A DNA stretch of 64,000 nucleotides from an uncultured bacterium (lineage in GTDB: Bacteria; UBP14; UBA6098). The stretch is from contig CAYWOR010000009.1 in assembly GCA_964459995.1 (NCBI GenBank), forward strand, positions 36,891 to 100,890. The letters run 5' to 3'. The notes beneath the pieces are model-generated. The model saw only the letters and a list, made by a program, of their open reading frames with translations, made no database searches and was not told the DNA's origin. Below are positions 19,090 through 29,011 of this stretch, piece by piece (positions within the stretch are counted from its first letter, which is position 1; every line of letters starts with the position of its first letter). Both the position numbers and the translations under genes were made by a program.

Positions 19090-20730
19090 TTAATCCCAAG
19101 GCATCTTTGGTATGGTTCGGATTATCTCTGTAAGCGAGGTATCTCCGGCGAGGACTTTTTTCACGGCTTTTTGCCATAACGTTCCAACGCCCTTATCACG
19201 AAGTTTCGTTGCGAGGCTTTCCACGTCTGATGTTGTGAAAACGACTTCACGTGTGAGGTCTTGTCCTGGAATAAGCTCGAAAACCCCGGTTCGCGAGGCA
19301 TAACCTGTCCAACTGCAATCTTCGCAGGCTTTTGGATTATACACGATTCTGCCGTCATTGAGTTTGGAAGCTTGCCGACATGATTTGCAAAGTGTTCTAA
19401 CCAGTCTTTGTGAGATGACTATATTGACGGAATCTGCGATGATAAAAGGGTCAATTCCGTAGTCGATCAGCCGAGTGATTCCCTCGAAGCAATCCCTCGT
19501 ATAAAGAGTCGTGATGACTGTTTTGCCCGTGTATGCCGCTCTTACTGCCAGTTCGGCCATTTTCGAGTTCGCAATCTCATCGATCATTACGATATCCGGA
19601 TCCATCCGAAGAATCCTATTTAGTGCGGTTTCATAATCGATACCCTTATCGAAATCGATTCTTATCTGACTTGCGAAATCCAAAGTTTTTTCTGTTTGAT
19701 GTTCGATCGTGAAAATCTTCTTTTCGCTACAGGCCAATTTGCGTAGAATTGCGTATAGTGTAGTAGTTTTTCCTATGTCGCTCGGTCCGCAGATAAGAAC
19801 AAGACCTCCGGGCTTAAAGATATTTTCGATGACAACAGCAAGTTCGTGGGGACTTAATCCGAGTTCTTCCAATGTCTTCAAGGGTCCAGCTTCGTCGATA
19901 AGCCTTATTACAGCATCTTCACCCGTAATTGTCGGGATGAGATGGACTTTGAAAATTATCTCTCTTCCCCGATTCTCAACAGCGAAGGCCCCTGTCTGTT
20001 CGATATCGGGGATTCTGTCATCGAGATTGGCCATAATCCGAAGTCTCGCGATTGCTCTTTGTCCGTTCCCCGTTTCAATCGAGTATTTGTCCGTTAAAAC
20101 GCCGTTAATCCTATATCTTACTCTTGTTTCACCGGCTGTTGATTCGATATGAACAGCACTTGCTTTGTTCAAAAGCGCTGTTTCGATAACAGAATTGACA
20201 TCCTCGATTATGCTCTCCTGCGAGCATCTCAAAATAGATATCTCTTTATCGGTTACGTCGAAAGCTTGGATAATGCCGGGCTTGCGCTCCTTTTCATTCG
20301 GAGTTCCGCCGTAAATTAGATTTAAAAGCTCTTCGATTTTCGAAGGTTCTGCAATTCCTGGGATAACTTTGTAGTTCGTAACAAATTCGACAGTTTCGAT
20401 GGCGAACTTATTTAGTGGGTCATCCATCGCCAAAACGAGCATGTTGTTCTCGATCATGTATGGTATAATTCTGTATTGACGGCAGACATTTCGCGGAACC
20501 ATGGAGAGCAAACGCCTATCTATCTTTTTTGGGTCGAGATCGATTCTTTTGAAATCGCGTTGTTGGCTAACGATATCGGCAATTATTTTCTCATCGACCA
20601 AATTAAGCCGAACGAGTATCTCCCCGATTTTTCCGCCCTGCTTCTCTTGAATCCGAAGAGCCTGTTGAAGCTGTTCACTAGTTAAATAATTCGAATCCAC
20701 GAGTATCTCGCCCAGAAGTTTTCTGTTCAT
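19090..20730 (-). CDS. GspE/PilB-family type II/IV secretion ATPase with N-terminal MshEN-type (c-di-GMP-binding) domain
   Basis: 546 aa; tandem MshEN motifs (LLGEILVDSNYLTSEQLQQALRIQ, KIGEILVRLNLVDEKIIADIVSQQ); Walker A reads GPSDIGKTT; a CxxC...CxxC tetracysteine motif lies near the C-terminus. No partner pilus or T2SS genes are nearby. Confidence 0.75.
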   Translation of the reverse strand: MNRKLLGEILVDSNYLTSEQLQQALRIQEKQGGKIGEILVRLNLVDEKIIADIVSQQRDFKRIDLDPKKIDRRLLSMVPRNVCRQYRIIPYMIENNMLVLAMDDPLNKFAIETVEFVTNYKVIPGIAEPSKIEELLNLIYGGTPNEKERKPGIIQAFDVTDKEISILRCSQESIIEDVNSVIETALLNKASAVHIESTAGETRVRYRINGVLTDKYSIETGNGQRAIARLRIMANLDDRIPDIEQTGAFAVENRGREIIFKVHLIPTITGEDAVIRLIDEAGPLKTLEELGLSPHELAVVIENIFKPGGLVLICGPSDIGKTTTLYAILRKLACSEKKIFTIEHQTEKTLDFASQIRIDFDKGIDYETALNRILRMDPDIVMIDEIANSKMAELAVRAAYTGKTVITTLYTRDCFEGITRLIDYGIDPFIIADSVNIVISQRLVRTLCKSCRQASKLNDGRIVYNPKACEDCSWTGYASRTGVFELIPGQDLTREVVFTTSDVESLATKLRDKGVGTLWQKAVKKVLAGDTSLTEIIRTIPKMPWD

Positions 20731-20803
20731 TTATGCTCCTGTTAGGTGCACACAACTCTATTATGCCGAAAAGTAAATAAAAAATGAGTCTTGCGGAAGG
20801 ATT

Positions 20804-22690
20804 TTATTCCACCGTGACAGATTTTGCGAGATTGCGTGGCTGATCGACATCGGTGCCGCGCAAAACCGCAATGTTATAGGCCAGAAGCTGAAGCGGAATC
20901 GCTGTGATTAGCGGCATCACGCGCGGATCAGCCTTTGGGACAAAGATGACATCTTCAGTCAGCTCGCCGATTCTTTCGTCCCCGTCTGTTGCAATTGCGA
21001 TGATTTTTCCGCCGCGTGCCTTTATCTCTTCGATATTCGATGTGATTTTATCGTAAAGGGGGTCTTCCGTGGCAATAAAGACCGCCGGAGTGTTATCGTC
21101 GATAAGCGCGATTGGTCCATGTTTCATCTCAGCCGCAGGATATCCTTCGGCGTGGATATAACTAATTTCCTTGAGCTTCAATGCGCCTTCGAGTGCGACA
21201 GGAAATTGAAGCCCGCGCCCGAGATAAAGGAAATTCTTCATCTCGTGATATTTATCGGCTATTCGGCGGATATTATTCGTCTGTGTTTCGCGGTCGAGGA
21301 CCTCTTTGACTTTTATTGGGACATTCTTGAGTTCGTTGAGGAGTCTCGTGCCTTGAGCCATCGAGTAACCCTTCATACGGCTCAGAAGCAGAGCGACCTC
21401 GAGAAGAACCATAACTTGACTCGTGAAAGCCTTTGTCGAAGCCACGCCAATCTCCGGGCCGGCATGGATATAAACACCGGCGTCGGTTTCGCGTGCGATT
21501 GTCGATCCGACAACATTGACAATGCCGAAGACAGGGATGCCGAGCCTCTTTGCCTCGCGGAGCGCCGCAAGAGTGTCCGCTGTCTCGCCTGATTGGCTAA
21601 TCACGAAAAGAGTTTCATTTTCACGGATAATCGGATTGCGATATCTGAATTCCGAGGCATAGTCCACCTCGACAGGAATTCGGGCAAGCTCTTCGATGAG
21701 ATATTCGCCGATAAGCGCGGCGTGCCAGCTTGTTCCGCAGGCGGTAATCATAATTCGGTCTGTCTCGCGAAGATAATCGAAATAATTCTTCAGTCCGTTC
21801 AAACGCACAGTGCCCTCTTCGATGTTAAGACGGCCTCTGAATGCGTTTTCGAGTGTCTGGGGCTGTTCGTATATCTCCTTGAGCATGAAATAATCGTAGC
21901 CGCCTTTCTCGATTTCATTGAGCGACATCGAGATTTTCTCGATTTTCGGCGTGATAGGCTCCGCTTCGAGTGTCGAGATTACTACCGAATCTGCTTTGAT
22001 TGTCGCCAGCGTGCCCTCGTCGAGATAGATTACATTGCTCGTATATCGAACAACAGCGGCGGCATCAGACGCCACGATGTGTTCGCCTTCGCCTGCTCCA
22101 ACCAGAAGCGGGCTACCATGCCGTGCCGCGAAAATCTTATTCGGTTGATCAGCGAAAAGCACTGCAATCCCATAGGTGCCCTCGATTTCCTGCAAAGCAC
22201 CGCGCACCGCTTTCCAGAAGGGAATTTTATCGGAGGAGTTTTCGTCCGGATTGCACGAACTCGCTGTAGGAGAGCCGTAATATATATCTTCGATAAGATG
22301 AGCAATTACCTCGGTGTCGGTTTCTGTTCTAAAAATATGTCCCCTATCTGTGAGGTATTTCCGAAGTGCTCTGTAATTTTCGATGATGCCGTTGTGGACA
22401 ACTGCGATTTTGCCGGTGCAGTCGGTGTGTGGATGTGCATTTGTGATGGAAGGTTCGCCGTGAGTAGCCCATCTTGTGTGCGCTATGCCGACATTTGGTC
22501 TGAAATGTTGTTTCGCAACTTCTTTTTCGAGTTCGGTGATTCTACCAATGACCTTGAGAGTTTTGATTCCTTCGTCGGTGTGATAGGCTAATCCTGCCGA
22601 ATCGTATCCTCGGTATTCGAGCCTTTTAAGGCCGTCAATTAGAACAGGAAAGGCCTCACGTTTTCCGATATATCCAACTATTCCACACAT
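20804..22690 (-). CDS. glmS: glutamine--fructose-6-phosphate aminotransferase
   Basis: An N-terminal MCGIVGY (Cys2 nucleophile) requires a start at 22690 rather than at the first ATG (22702); two SIS domains; C-terminal ...VE. Confidence 0.9.
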   Translation of the reverse strand: MCGIVGYIGKREAFPVLIDGLKRLEYRGYDSAGLAYHTDEGIKTLKVIGRITELEKEVAKQHFRPNVGIAHTRWATHGEPSITNAHPHTDCTGKIAVVHNGIIENYRALRKYLTDRGHIFRTETDTEVIAHLIEDIYYGSPTASSCNPDENSSDKIPFWKAVRGALQEIEGTYGIAVLFADQPNKIFAARHGSPLLVGAGEGEHIVASDAAAVVRYTSNVIYLDEGTLATIKADSVVISTLEAEPITPKIEKISMSLNEIEKGGYDYFMLKEIYEQPQTLENAFRGRLNIEEGTVRLNGLKNYFDYLRETDRIMITACGTSWHAALIGEYLIEELARIPVEVDYASEFRYRNPIIRENETLFVISQSGETADTLAALREAKRLGIPVFGIVNVVGSTIARETDAGVYIHAGPEIGVASTKAFTSQVMVLLEVALLLSRMKGYSMAQGTRLLNELKNVPIKVKEVLDRETQTNNIRRIADKYHEMKNFLYLGRGLQFPVALEGALKLKEISYIHAEGYPAAEMKHGPIALIDDNTPAVFIATEDPLYDKITSNIEEIKARGGKIIAIATDGDERIGELTEDVIFVPKADPRVMPLITAIPLQLLAYNIAVLRGTDVDQPRNLAKSVTVE

Positions 22691-22766
22691 ATTTTGCTCC
22701 AATCACGTCCCGTGTTCGTAATCATCACTATTTCATAACAAGCGCTCTGCCAAACCGCGAGAAAAG

Positions 22767-24101
22767 CTACTGAACCAATAACTTCTTTGCCTTTTCGATC
22801 AGATTACGAGCTTTTTCTTCGTTTTCACTTTCAGCAATAAAGCGCATTATCGGCTCAGTGTTCGATGCTCGAACGTGAAGCCAGCCTTCAGGGGTAATGA
22901 TTCGGACTCCGTCGGAAGTGTCCGTTGAAGGATTTTCGAATCCCTCTTTCAAGCGGATTTCGACAGCCGCGTAATCGAGAGATAACGACGATTTTTCCTT
23001 TATCATAGTTAACTTTGGGAACTCAGATGTTAGCTCTGAGAGTTTTTTTCCGGTTCGCGCCATACGATTCAAAATAACCGCTGTGGCGAGGATGCCGTCC
23101 CTTCCGGGATGACACGAAGGAATTATCAGACCGCCATTTCCCTCGCCGCCCACCTGAGCGCCGATTTCGAGCATCTTTGAAGTGACATTAATCTCGCCCA
23201 CCGGTGTTCTTATTACCTGTTTTCCGAGCGATTCCACCATTGCGCTGGTAGAGAGATTTACAACGATTGGACCATCGAGAAATTCCGAAGCCTCTGCCGC
23301 TCCAATTGCCAAAGTGTATTCTTCGCCGATTGCGATGCCATTCTCATTCACGAGAGCGAGGCGGTCGGCATCAGGGTCGGTGGCGAGGCCGATATCGGCG
23401 TGATTAGCCCCAACAAGTTCGCATAGCTCGGCAAGATTCTCCTGACGCGGCTCGGGGTTATGTTTGAAATTGCCGTTTGGAGTGCATCCGAGGGGGATAA
23501 CTTCGCATCCAAGCTTTTCGAGCAAAGGCATCAACGCAATCGAACCAGTGCCACCGTTGGAATCGAGAACGACTTTGAAACGCGCCTTGCGAATTGCCTC
23601 GATATCGAGCCATTCGAGTTTAAGGATGGCATCAACATGGTTTTCTTCAGCAAATTCGAGAAAGCTCAGATTCCCAATTTTGTCATGAAGAGCCCATCCG
23701 AAATTTCTCTCAGTCATATCATTTTTAAGTTCGAGCAGTTTTTCAATCTCCAAAGCATTCAAGAAGGTTCCGTCGGATTTGAGAAACTTAAGAGCATTCC
23801 ATTCAATAGGGTTATGGCTCGCAGTTATGATTATCCCGCCTGCGGCTTCGGAAATCGCTGTGATAATCTCCGCTGTCGGAGTCGATTGGATTCCGATTGC
23901 GATAACATCCCTTCCAGCAAGCCTAAGCGACGAACATAGCAAATCGGAAATCGCCGCGCCGCTCGGACGCGAATCGCGAGCAACAATAATCGCCCCCTGC
24001 GGAAGAAAAGTAGCGAAAGCCGTGCAATACCGAATAATAACCTCAGGTGTAAGCCCCTCGCCGACAATCCCCCTTACACCGCTGATACTCTCTTTTAACA
24101 T
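22767..24101 (-). CDS. glmM: phosphoglucosamine mutase (phosphohexomutase family)
   Basis: Active-site loop TASHNP, Mg-binding DPDADR and sugar-binding GGEGNGG motifs; adjacent to glmS. Start placed at MLKESISGVRGIVG (24101). Confidence 0.8.
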   Translation of the reverse strand: MLKESISGVRGIVGEGLTPEVIIRYCTAFATFLPQGAIIVARDSRPSGAAISDLLCSSLRLAGRDVIAIGIQSTPTAEIITAISEAAGGIIITASHNPIEWNALKFLKSDGTFLNALEIEKLLELKNDMTERNFGWALHDKIGNLSFLEFAEENHVDAILKLEWLDIEAIRKARFKVVLDSNGGTGSIALMPLLEKLGCEVIPLGCTPNGNFKHNPEPRQENLAELCELVGANHADIGLATDPDADRLALVNENGIAIGEEYTLAIGAAEASEFLDGPIVVNLSTSAMVESLGKQVIRTPVGEINVTSKMLEIGAQVGGEGNGGLIIPSCHPGRDGILATAVILNRMARTGKKLSELTSEFPKLTMIKEKSSLSLDYAAVEIRLKEGFENPSTDTSDGVRIITPEGWLHVRASNTEPIMRFIAESENEEKARNLIEKAKKLLVQ

Positions 24102-24259
24102 AATGCTCCTATTGGTATAATGCCTGCGAAGAAAAATATCCGCGAGCCGAAATTTGTCAAGCGATTCTCTAAAATATCGACCTGCGAACAATAGGCTTGC
24201 ATCGTGCCATTTAGAGTATATATTTCACAAAATGTGAATTTGAACCAAAGGAGAAAAAA

Positions 24260-24772
24260 ATGAGAAAAGCTATCCTAATCGCACTTCTGCTGATTGTTGC
24301 GGCGGCCTACAGCGCGGATTTCAAACTGGCTTACATCAATTCCGAACGCCTAAGAGAAGATTATGGCGCTTTCAAAGACGCTCAGGCGCAGTTCGACAAG
24401 GATGTTACAACTTGGGAAGCTCAAGCTGTCGAAAAGGAGCAAGAGCTTATCGATTTGCAAACCGAACTCGAACAGCAGTCACTACTTCTCTCCGAAGATA
24501 AGAAAAAAGAGCGCCTTCGCCTTATCGAGCAGAAAAAGCAGGAGTATCAAAGGTTTCTCTCGGAGATTTTCGGCACCGGCGGACGAGCAGAGCGCAGAAA
24601 CGCCGAGCTGACCTCGCCGCTTCTCGATAAGATCAATACTGCACTCGTAAACCTCGCCCAACGCGAAGGTTATGACCTTATTCTCGATGTTGCCGGCGGA
24701 AATGTCGCCTATATCGACGAAAACCTCGATATTACCGACAGGCTTCTCGAAGAGCTAAATTCCAGCAGATAA
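24260..24772 (+). CDS. skp: OmpH/Skp periplasmic chaperone
   Basis: 170 aa; signal peptide; coiled-coil-rich OmpH family; immediately upstream of lpxD. Confidence 0.8.
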   Translation: MRKAILIALLLIVAAAYSADFKLAYINSERLREDYGAFKDAQAQFDKDVTTWEAQAVEKEQELIDLQTELEQQSLLLSEDKKKERLRLIEQKKQEYQRFLSEIFGTGGRAERRNAELTSPLLDKINTALVNLAQREGYDLILDVAGGNVAYIDENLDITDRLLEELNSSR

Positions 24773-25806
24773 TGCAAGCCAGCGAACTCGCGCGAAGGCT
24801 TGGCGGCGAATTTGTCGGACCGGGAGACCCCGATGTGCGCTCGATTAAACCCCTCGGGGAAGCTAACGCCGGTGATGTGGCTTTTTTGCACAATGTCAAA
24901 TATAAACCGCAGTTGGAGACAACCAAAGCATCATGCGTGGTTTCCGCCGCCGACTGCATTTATGAAGGCAGAAAATACACCGCGATAATCCATCCCGAGC
25001 CGCACATGGCGATGGCACTCGCTGTGGATATACTATATCCGGAATTGATTCCAGAACCGGGAGTTCATACCTCTGCGGCAGTCGATAACAGCGCGAGAAT
25101 TGGCGATAGAGTCTTTATCGGCCCTAGTGTTTTCGTGGGTGCCGATTCAGAAATAGGGGCAGGGACTATTATCGAGTCCGGTTGCTCGATTATGCCCGAT
25201 GTGCGAATTGGCGAAAACTGTCATATCTACCCAAATGTTGTAATATACCCTAAAACCTGCCTTGGAGGGCGTTGTATCATTCATTCCGGCACGATACTCG
25301 GCTCCGACGGTTTCGGGTTTGCGCCAACAAATGACGGCATTCTGAAGATCCGCCAAATTGGAAGCCTTGTTATCGAGGACGATGTCGAAATCGGCGCGAA
25401 TTGCACAATCGACCGTGGCACATTCACCGAAACCCATATCGGACTCGGCACTAAGCTCGATAATCTCGTGCATATCGCTCACAACTGCCGAATCGGCAAA
25501 TACTGCCTTATTGCCGCTCAGACAGGCCTTGCCGGAAGCACCCATCTTGGCGATAGGGTCATTGTCGCTGGACAGGTGGGTTTTGCGGGGCATCAGAAAA
25601 TAGGGGATAATTGCATTTTCTTCGCGAAAAGCGGAATCAACGGCGATATCGAACCCGGAAGTCAGCTTTTCGGGTATCCAGCAAAACCAAGGCTTCAGGC
25701 GCATCGTGATAACGCCTATGTGTCGCGGCTCGGCGAACTCTTCAAAGAGGTCAAGGAGCTTGCCAAAAAGATTTCCCGAATCGAGGATAATCAGGAAAAG
25801 AGGTAA
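24772..25806 (+). CDS. lpxD: UDP-3-O-acylglucosamine N-acyltransferase
   Basis: 344 aa; LpxD N-terminal domain followed by hexapeptide left-handed beta-helix repeats; its start overlaps the skp stop. Confidence 0.85.
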   Translation: MQASELARRLGGEFVGPGDPDVRSIKPLGEANAGDVAFLHNVKYKPQLETTKASCVVSAADCIYEGRKYTAIIHPEPHMAMALAVDILYPELIPEPGVHTSAAVDNSARIGDRVFIGPSVFVGADSEIGAGTIIESGCSIMPDVRIGENCHIYPNVVIYPKTCLGGRCIIHSGTILGSDGFGFAPTNDGILKIRQIGSLVIEDDVEIGANCTIDRGTFTETHIGLGTKLDNLVHIAHNCRIGKYCLIAAQTGLAGSTHLGDRVIVAGQVGFAGHQKIGDNCIFFAKSGINGDIEPGSQLFGYPAKPRLQAHRDNAYVSRLGELFKEVKELAKKISRIEDNQEKR

Positions 25807-25807
25807 A

Positions 25808-27391
25808 ATGAGATTGTTTTCATCCATTTTATTAATGAGTCTCGTTGTCGGCGCGATTTTTGCCCAGCCGTCAAATACTGCGGAATTCAACCATCGAGGA
25901 GTCGCGATTGCCGGTTGCGAGGCGGCTATCGACGGCGAAGGTAGTTTTCTCGACATTTTCGATTTCTCGAATGGCGAGAATCCGGCGGCATCACATTTCA
26001 ACGAGGCCTATCGACTTCGCGCGGACCGTATAGACAAAATCGGCGGCGCGGATAGATTCGCTTTCGATATCGGGTTCAGAACCCTCGAATATCCCGGGCC
26101 AACCGAAGACGGCGAGAAAAGATCATGGTATTGGATAGACGGTATCGGCAGGATTATGGTCGATAAGGGTTTCGGCGAGAGCTTCTCCACACGCTTTCAG
26201 TTCAACGGCGGCTACAACACAATGCGCAATTCCTTCTGGGGGCTTAGATATAGGCACAACTACACAGCCGCTGTTCCGGACTGGTCGAATATATCCAAAC
26301 GCGCATCTACAACCGGTGCGGCGGCATTATTGCCACTCGGCGAGTTCTATTTTAATTATCATTCGCCCTTTGGCCTTTCGGTAGGCGCGGGCGGAGGTTA
26401 TGGATTCAGCGAGTTCGAAGACCTCTACTATTCCCGCGGGTGGCATACCCTATCGAAGGGCAATGTTACGTCATATGCTGTCAAAATGGGCGGCCGTTTC
26501 GCAGTCCCCGAGTTTGAGCAATATGGCGCTATAGGCGTTTCCTACGGCATCAAGGGCGGCAAAGTCCGCAATGAAGATGGCGATGACTACGATATGTTCG
26601 ATACCGGCGATGACATTATCGGTTTTCAGGCAGAATTTGGCTACCCCGGTTATGTCCGAGGAGCGTTCGGATACGATAAATCCGCTCTGAACGAGGATTT
26701 CTTCACCTCTGCCACCGATACAATTGCCGAAACCTCCGAAGACGAGGTCGCGCGGACTTCCTTCGGGGTTCAGGTTTACGGCGATGAGTTCCGTGTCCCT
26801 GTTACACTCGGATTCAGAACTGAGTCGTATGCCACCGAGGGCAGGTCGATTAATGCGAGCACTGTTACCAATGAAAATAAACTCTCCTGGGGTGACACGC
26901 GAATCGGACTTTCTGCCGAGCCTATCGAGGGTTGGACTATAGCCGCGGAATACAAAAAAGGCTATAACAAGATCGAAAGCGGATCGAGCCTTATATCCAC
27001 TAATCAGGACGCTCAAGTCGATTTATCGGCCATTGCGGGTGGTATGGAGATATATGTTGTGCCGGAATTCGGGATCCGCTTTGGTTTCGAGAATTTTTCC
27101 CTCGAACCGGATTCGATTTACAAGAGTGAATTTGGTTCTTTCGATGTCTATTATGGCGGCGAGGGCGATTATGTCGCGCCGTATTTTACGCCGTCTTCGA
27201 GATATGGCCTCGTTCCTGTTCAGACGCGTGGAAATGCCCTGTCGTGGGGGTTTGTTTTCCGCCTCGATGATCAACGGCTTATCCTCGAGCTATCTGGTCG
27301 GCATGTTCTCGCGAGCGAACCACAGGTTTATCGAGACAATGCCGGAACGCTTCACGAGGGGTATGTTGGCTTAACATATTACTTGAAGTAA
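25808..27391 (+). CDS. hypothetical secreted / outer-membrane protein
   Basis: Starts at MRLFSSILLMSLVVGAIFAQP (signal peptide), 1 nt after the lpxD stop; Gly/Tyr/Phe-rich beta-rich composition; no family recognised. Confidence 0.45.
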   Translation: MRLFSSILLMSLVVGAIFAQPSNTAEFNHRGVAIAGCEAAIDGEGSFLDIFDFSNGENPAASHFNEAYRLRADRIDKIGGADRFAFDIGFRTLEYPGPTEDGEKRSWYWIDGIGRIMVDKGFGESFSTRFQFNGGYNTMRNSFWGLRYRHNYTAAVPDWSNISKRASTTGAAALLPLGEFYFNYHSPFGLSVGAGGGYGFSEFEDLYYSRGWHTLSKGNVTSYAVKMGGRFAVPEFEQYGAIGVSYGIKGGKVRNEDGDDYDMFDTGDDIIGFQAEFGYPGYVRGAFGYDKSALNEDFFTSATDTIAETSEDEVARTSFGVQVYGDEFRVPVTLGFRTESYATEGRSINASTVTNENKLSWGDTRIGLSAEPIEGWTIAAEYKKGYNKIESGSSLISTNQDAQVDLSAIAGGMEIYVVPEFGIRFGFENFSLEPDSIYKSEFGSFDVYYGGEGDYVAPYFTPSSRYGLVPVQTRGNALSWGFVFRLDDQRLILELSGRHVLASEPQVYRDNAGTLHEGYVGLTYYLK

Positions 27392-27427
27392 ACACCATAA
27401 CACATTGAATATAAATAAGATATAAAT

Positions 27428-28354
27428 ATGGAATTCAATTGTATTGCTCCTCGCTATAAAACAATCTCGCTGAGCCTGATCTTCCTTGTCGCGATTCTAA
27501 CTTTTTTCGCATGCACCGATAGCGGCCCTGTAAATCCGCCGGATGGCCATGTCGGCGACGGCAAATTTTACCTTCGCATAATCGATGTCGGGCAGGCGAG
27601 CGCCGCATTAATTACAACTTCCGACGGCTATAATCTAATCTACGATTTCGCCACCGGAACTGAGGCTTACTCGAAAATCCTGCCGCTAATGGACTCCCTG
27701 GGAATAGATTTCATCGATATGGCCATAGTCTCGCATTTCGACGGCGATCATATCGGCGGCGCGGACGAGATATTCGGAGTAATAGAACTTCGTGGCTTTT
27801 GCTACGACCACGGCGGCACTTTTTCGACGAACAATTTTCTCGATTACACATCGACGATAGGCCAGAAACGCAGGTCTATAAGCTATGGCGACACTTTATA
27901 TCTCGGTAACGACGGCGTTTACATTGCCTGTATGGCAAGCGGCGGAAACGGCACATATGTGATTCAGGAGAATGACAAATCGGTGGGATGCATTATCACA
28001 TGGGGTTCTTTCGATTTCTGGATTGGCGGCGATATCAACGGAAGCGATGAAGGCGAACGTGTGAATATCGAAGCGAGAATCGCCGACAACTGCCGTATTG
28101 TCGAAGGTTATGTCGCGAATCATCACGGAAGCGGATATTCAAGCTCCCCGATTTTTCTCGAAGCACTTCAGCCCGATTTTTGCGCTATTTCATGCGGTTT
28201 GGGAAACCCTTACGGCCATCCGCACGCAGATGCACTCGAAAGAATGCAAGCGTGGACGGCCGACATTTACCGAACAGACATTTCCGGCACGATAACTGTT
28301 ATTGTTGGCAGTGATGGGTCATATTCTATCTCGACAGAGGCAGGCGGATATTAG
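27428..28354 (+). CDS. MBL-fold metallo-hydrolase lipoprotein (ComEC C-terminal lactamase-like)
   Basis: Lipobox FFACTD; metallo-beta-lactamase motif HFDGDHIGG; further His/Asp ligands downstream. Confidence 0.7.
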   Translation: MEFNCIAPRYKTISLSLIFLVAILTFFACTDSGPVNPPDGHVGDGKFYLRIIDVGQASAALITTSDGYNLIYDFATGTEAYSKILPLMDSLGIDFIDMAIVSHFDGDHIGGADEIFGVIELRGFCYDHGGTFSTNNFLDYTSTIGQKRRSISYGDTLYLGNDGVYIACMASGGNGTYVIQENDKSVGCIITWGSFDFWIGGDINGSDEGERVNIEARIADNCRIVEGYVANHHGSGYSSSPIFLEALQPDFCAISCGLGNPYGHPHADALERMQAWTADIYRTDISGTITVIVGSDGSYSISTEAGGY

Positions 28355-29009
28355 AAAACTTCTCGGCATATTGGGCGCGACTTTCATTTTGGGCGCGATG
28401 TTTATCGGGTGCGACAACGGCGTGGTGCCGCCGGACCCCGAAATACCCGACGAAATTCATGGAGCTATTTGGCCGCTCGATGTTGGCAACGAGTGGACTT
28501 TCGATGTCCAAAGCTGGGACGATTCCATCGCCGATTGGATTTATTACGGCGAGAGATACATTGTCGATACAGCCTTTATGCACAACGAAAAACGTGTTGC
28601 CAAGATTCGGCTGGAGTATTTCTTCGGCGATACTGTTTTTCAGGAATTCTCGCTTTGGTGGGGGAACACACACACCGGTCTTTATGAATATGCCCCCTTT
28701 GGCGATGGCTTTGTGCCCTATGCAGAAAGCCGGATGCTCTTTAAATATCCTGCAATTGATGGCGAGCTATTCTCGAGCTATGCCCCTAATCCTGTCAATC
28801 CTGTCAGCATGGGATTCATGGCGGAAATGCCGCCGATAGAAGTTCCTGCGGGGAATTTCGAAAATTGTGTGGGATACCAATATTATGAGCCGCCAGGGGA
28901 GAATATCTACTACTATTTTGTGCCGGATACCGGCTACATTCAGATGGAAAGATACATCGGTTCGACTCTCAATAAGGCGCGTTTTCTTAATTCTTATGTG
29001 CAAAATTAG
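28302..29009 (+). CDS. hypothetical lipoprotein
   Basis: Basic n-region, hydrophobic core, lipobox FIGC. Start uncertain: 28302, 28314 or an internal TTG; overlaps the MBL gene's 3' end. Confidence 0.4.
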   Translation: MLAVMGHILSRQRQADIRKLLGILGATFILGAMFIGCDNGVVPPDPEIPDEIHGAIWPLDVGNEWTFDVQSWDDSIADWIYYGERYIVDTAFMHNEKRVAKIRLEYFFGDTVFQEFSLWWGNTHTGLYEYAPFGDGFVPYAESRMLFKYPAIDGELFSSYAPNPVNPVSMGFMAEMPPIEVPAGNFENCVGYQYYEPPGENIYYYFVPDTGYIQMERYIGSTLNKARFLNSYVQN

Positions 29010-29011
29010 GC

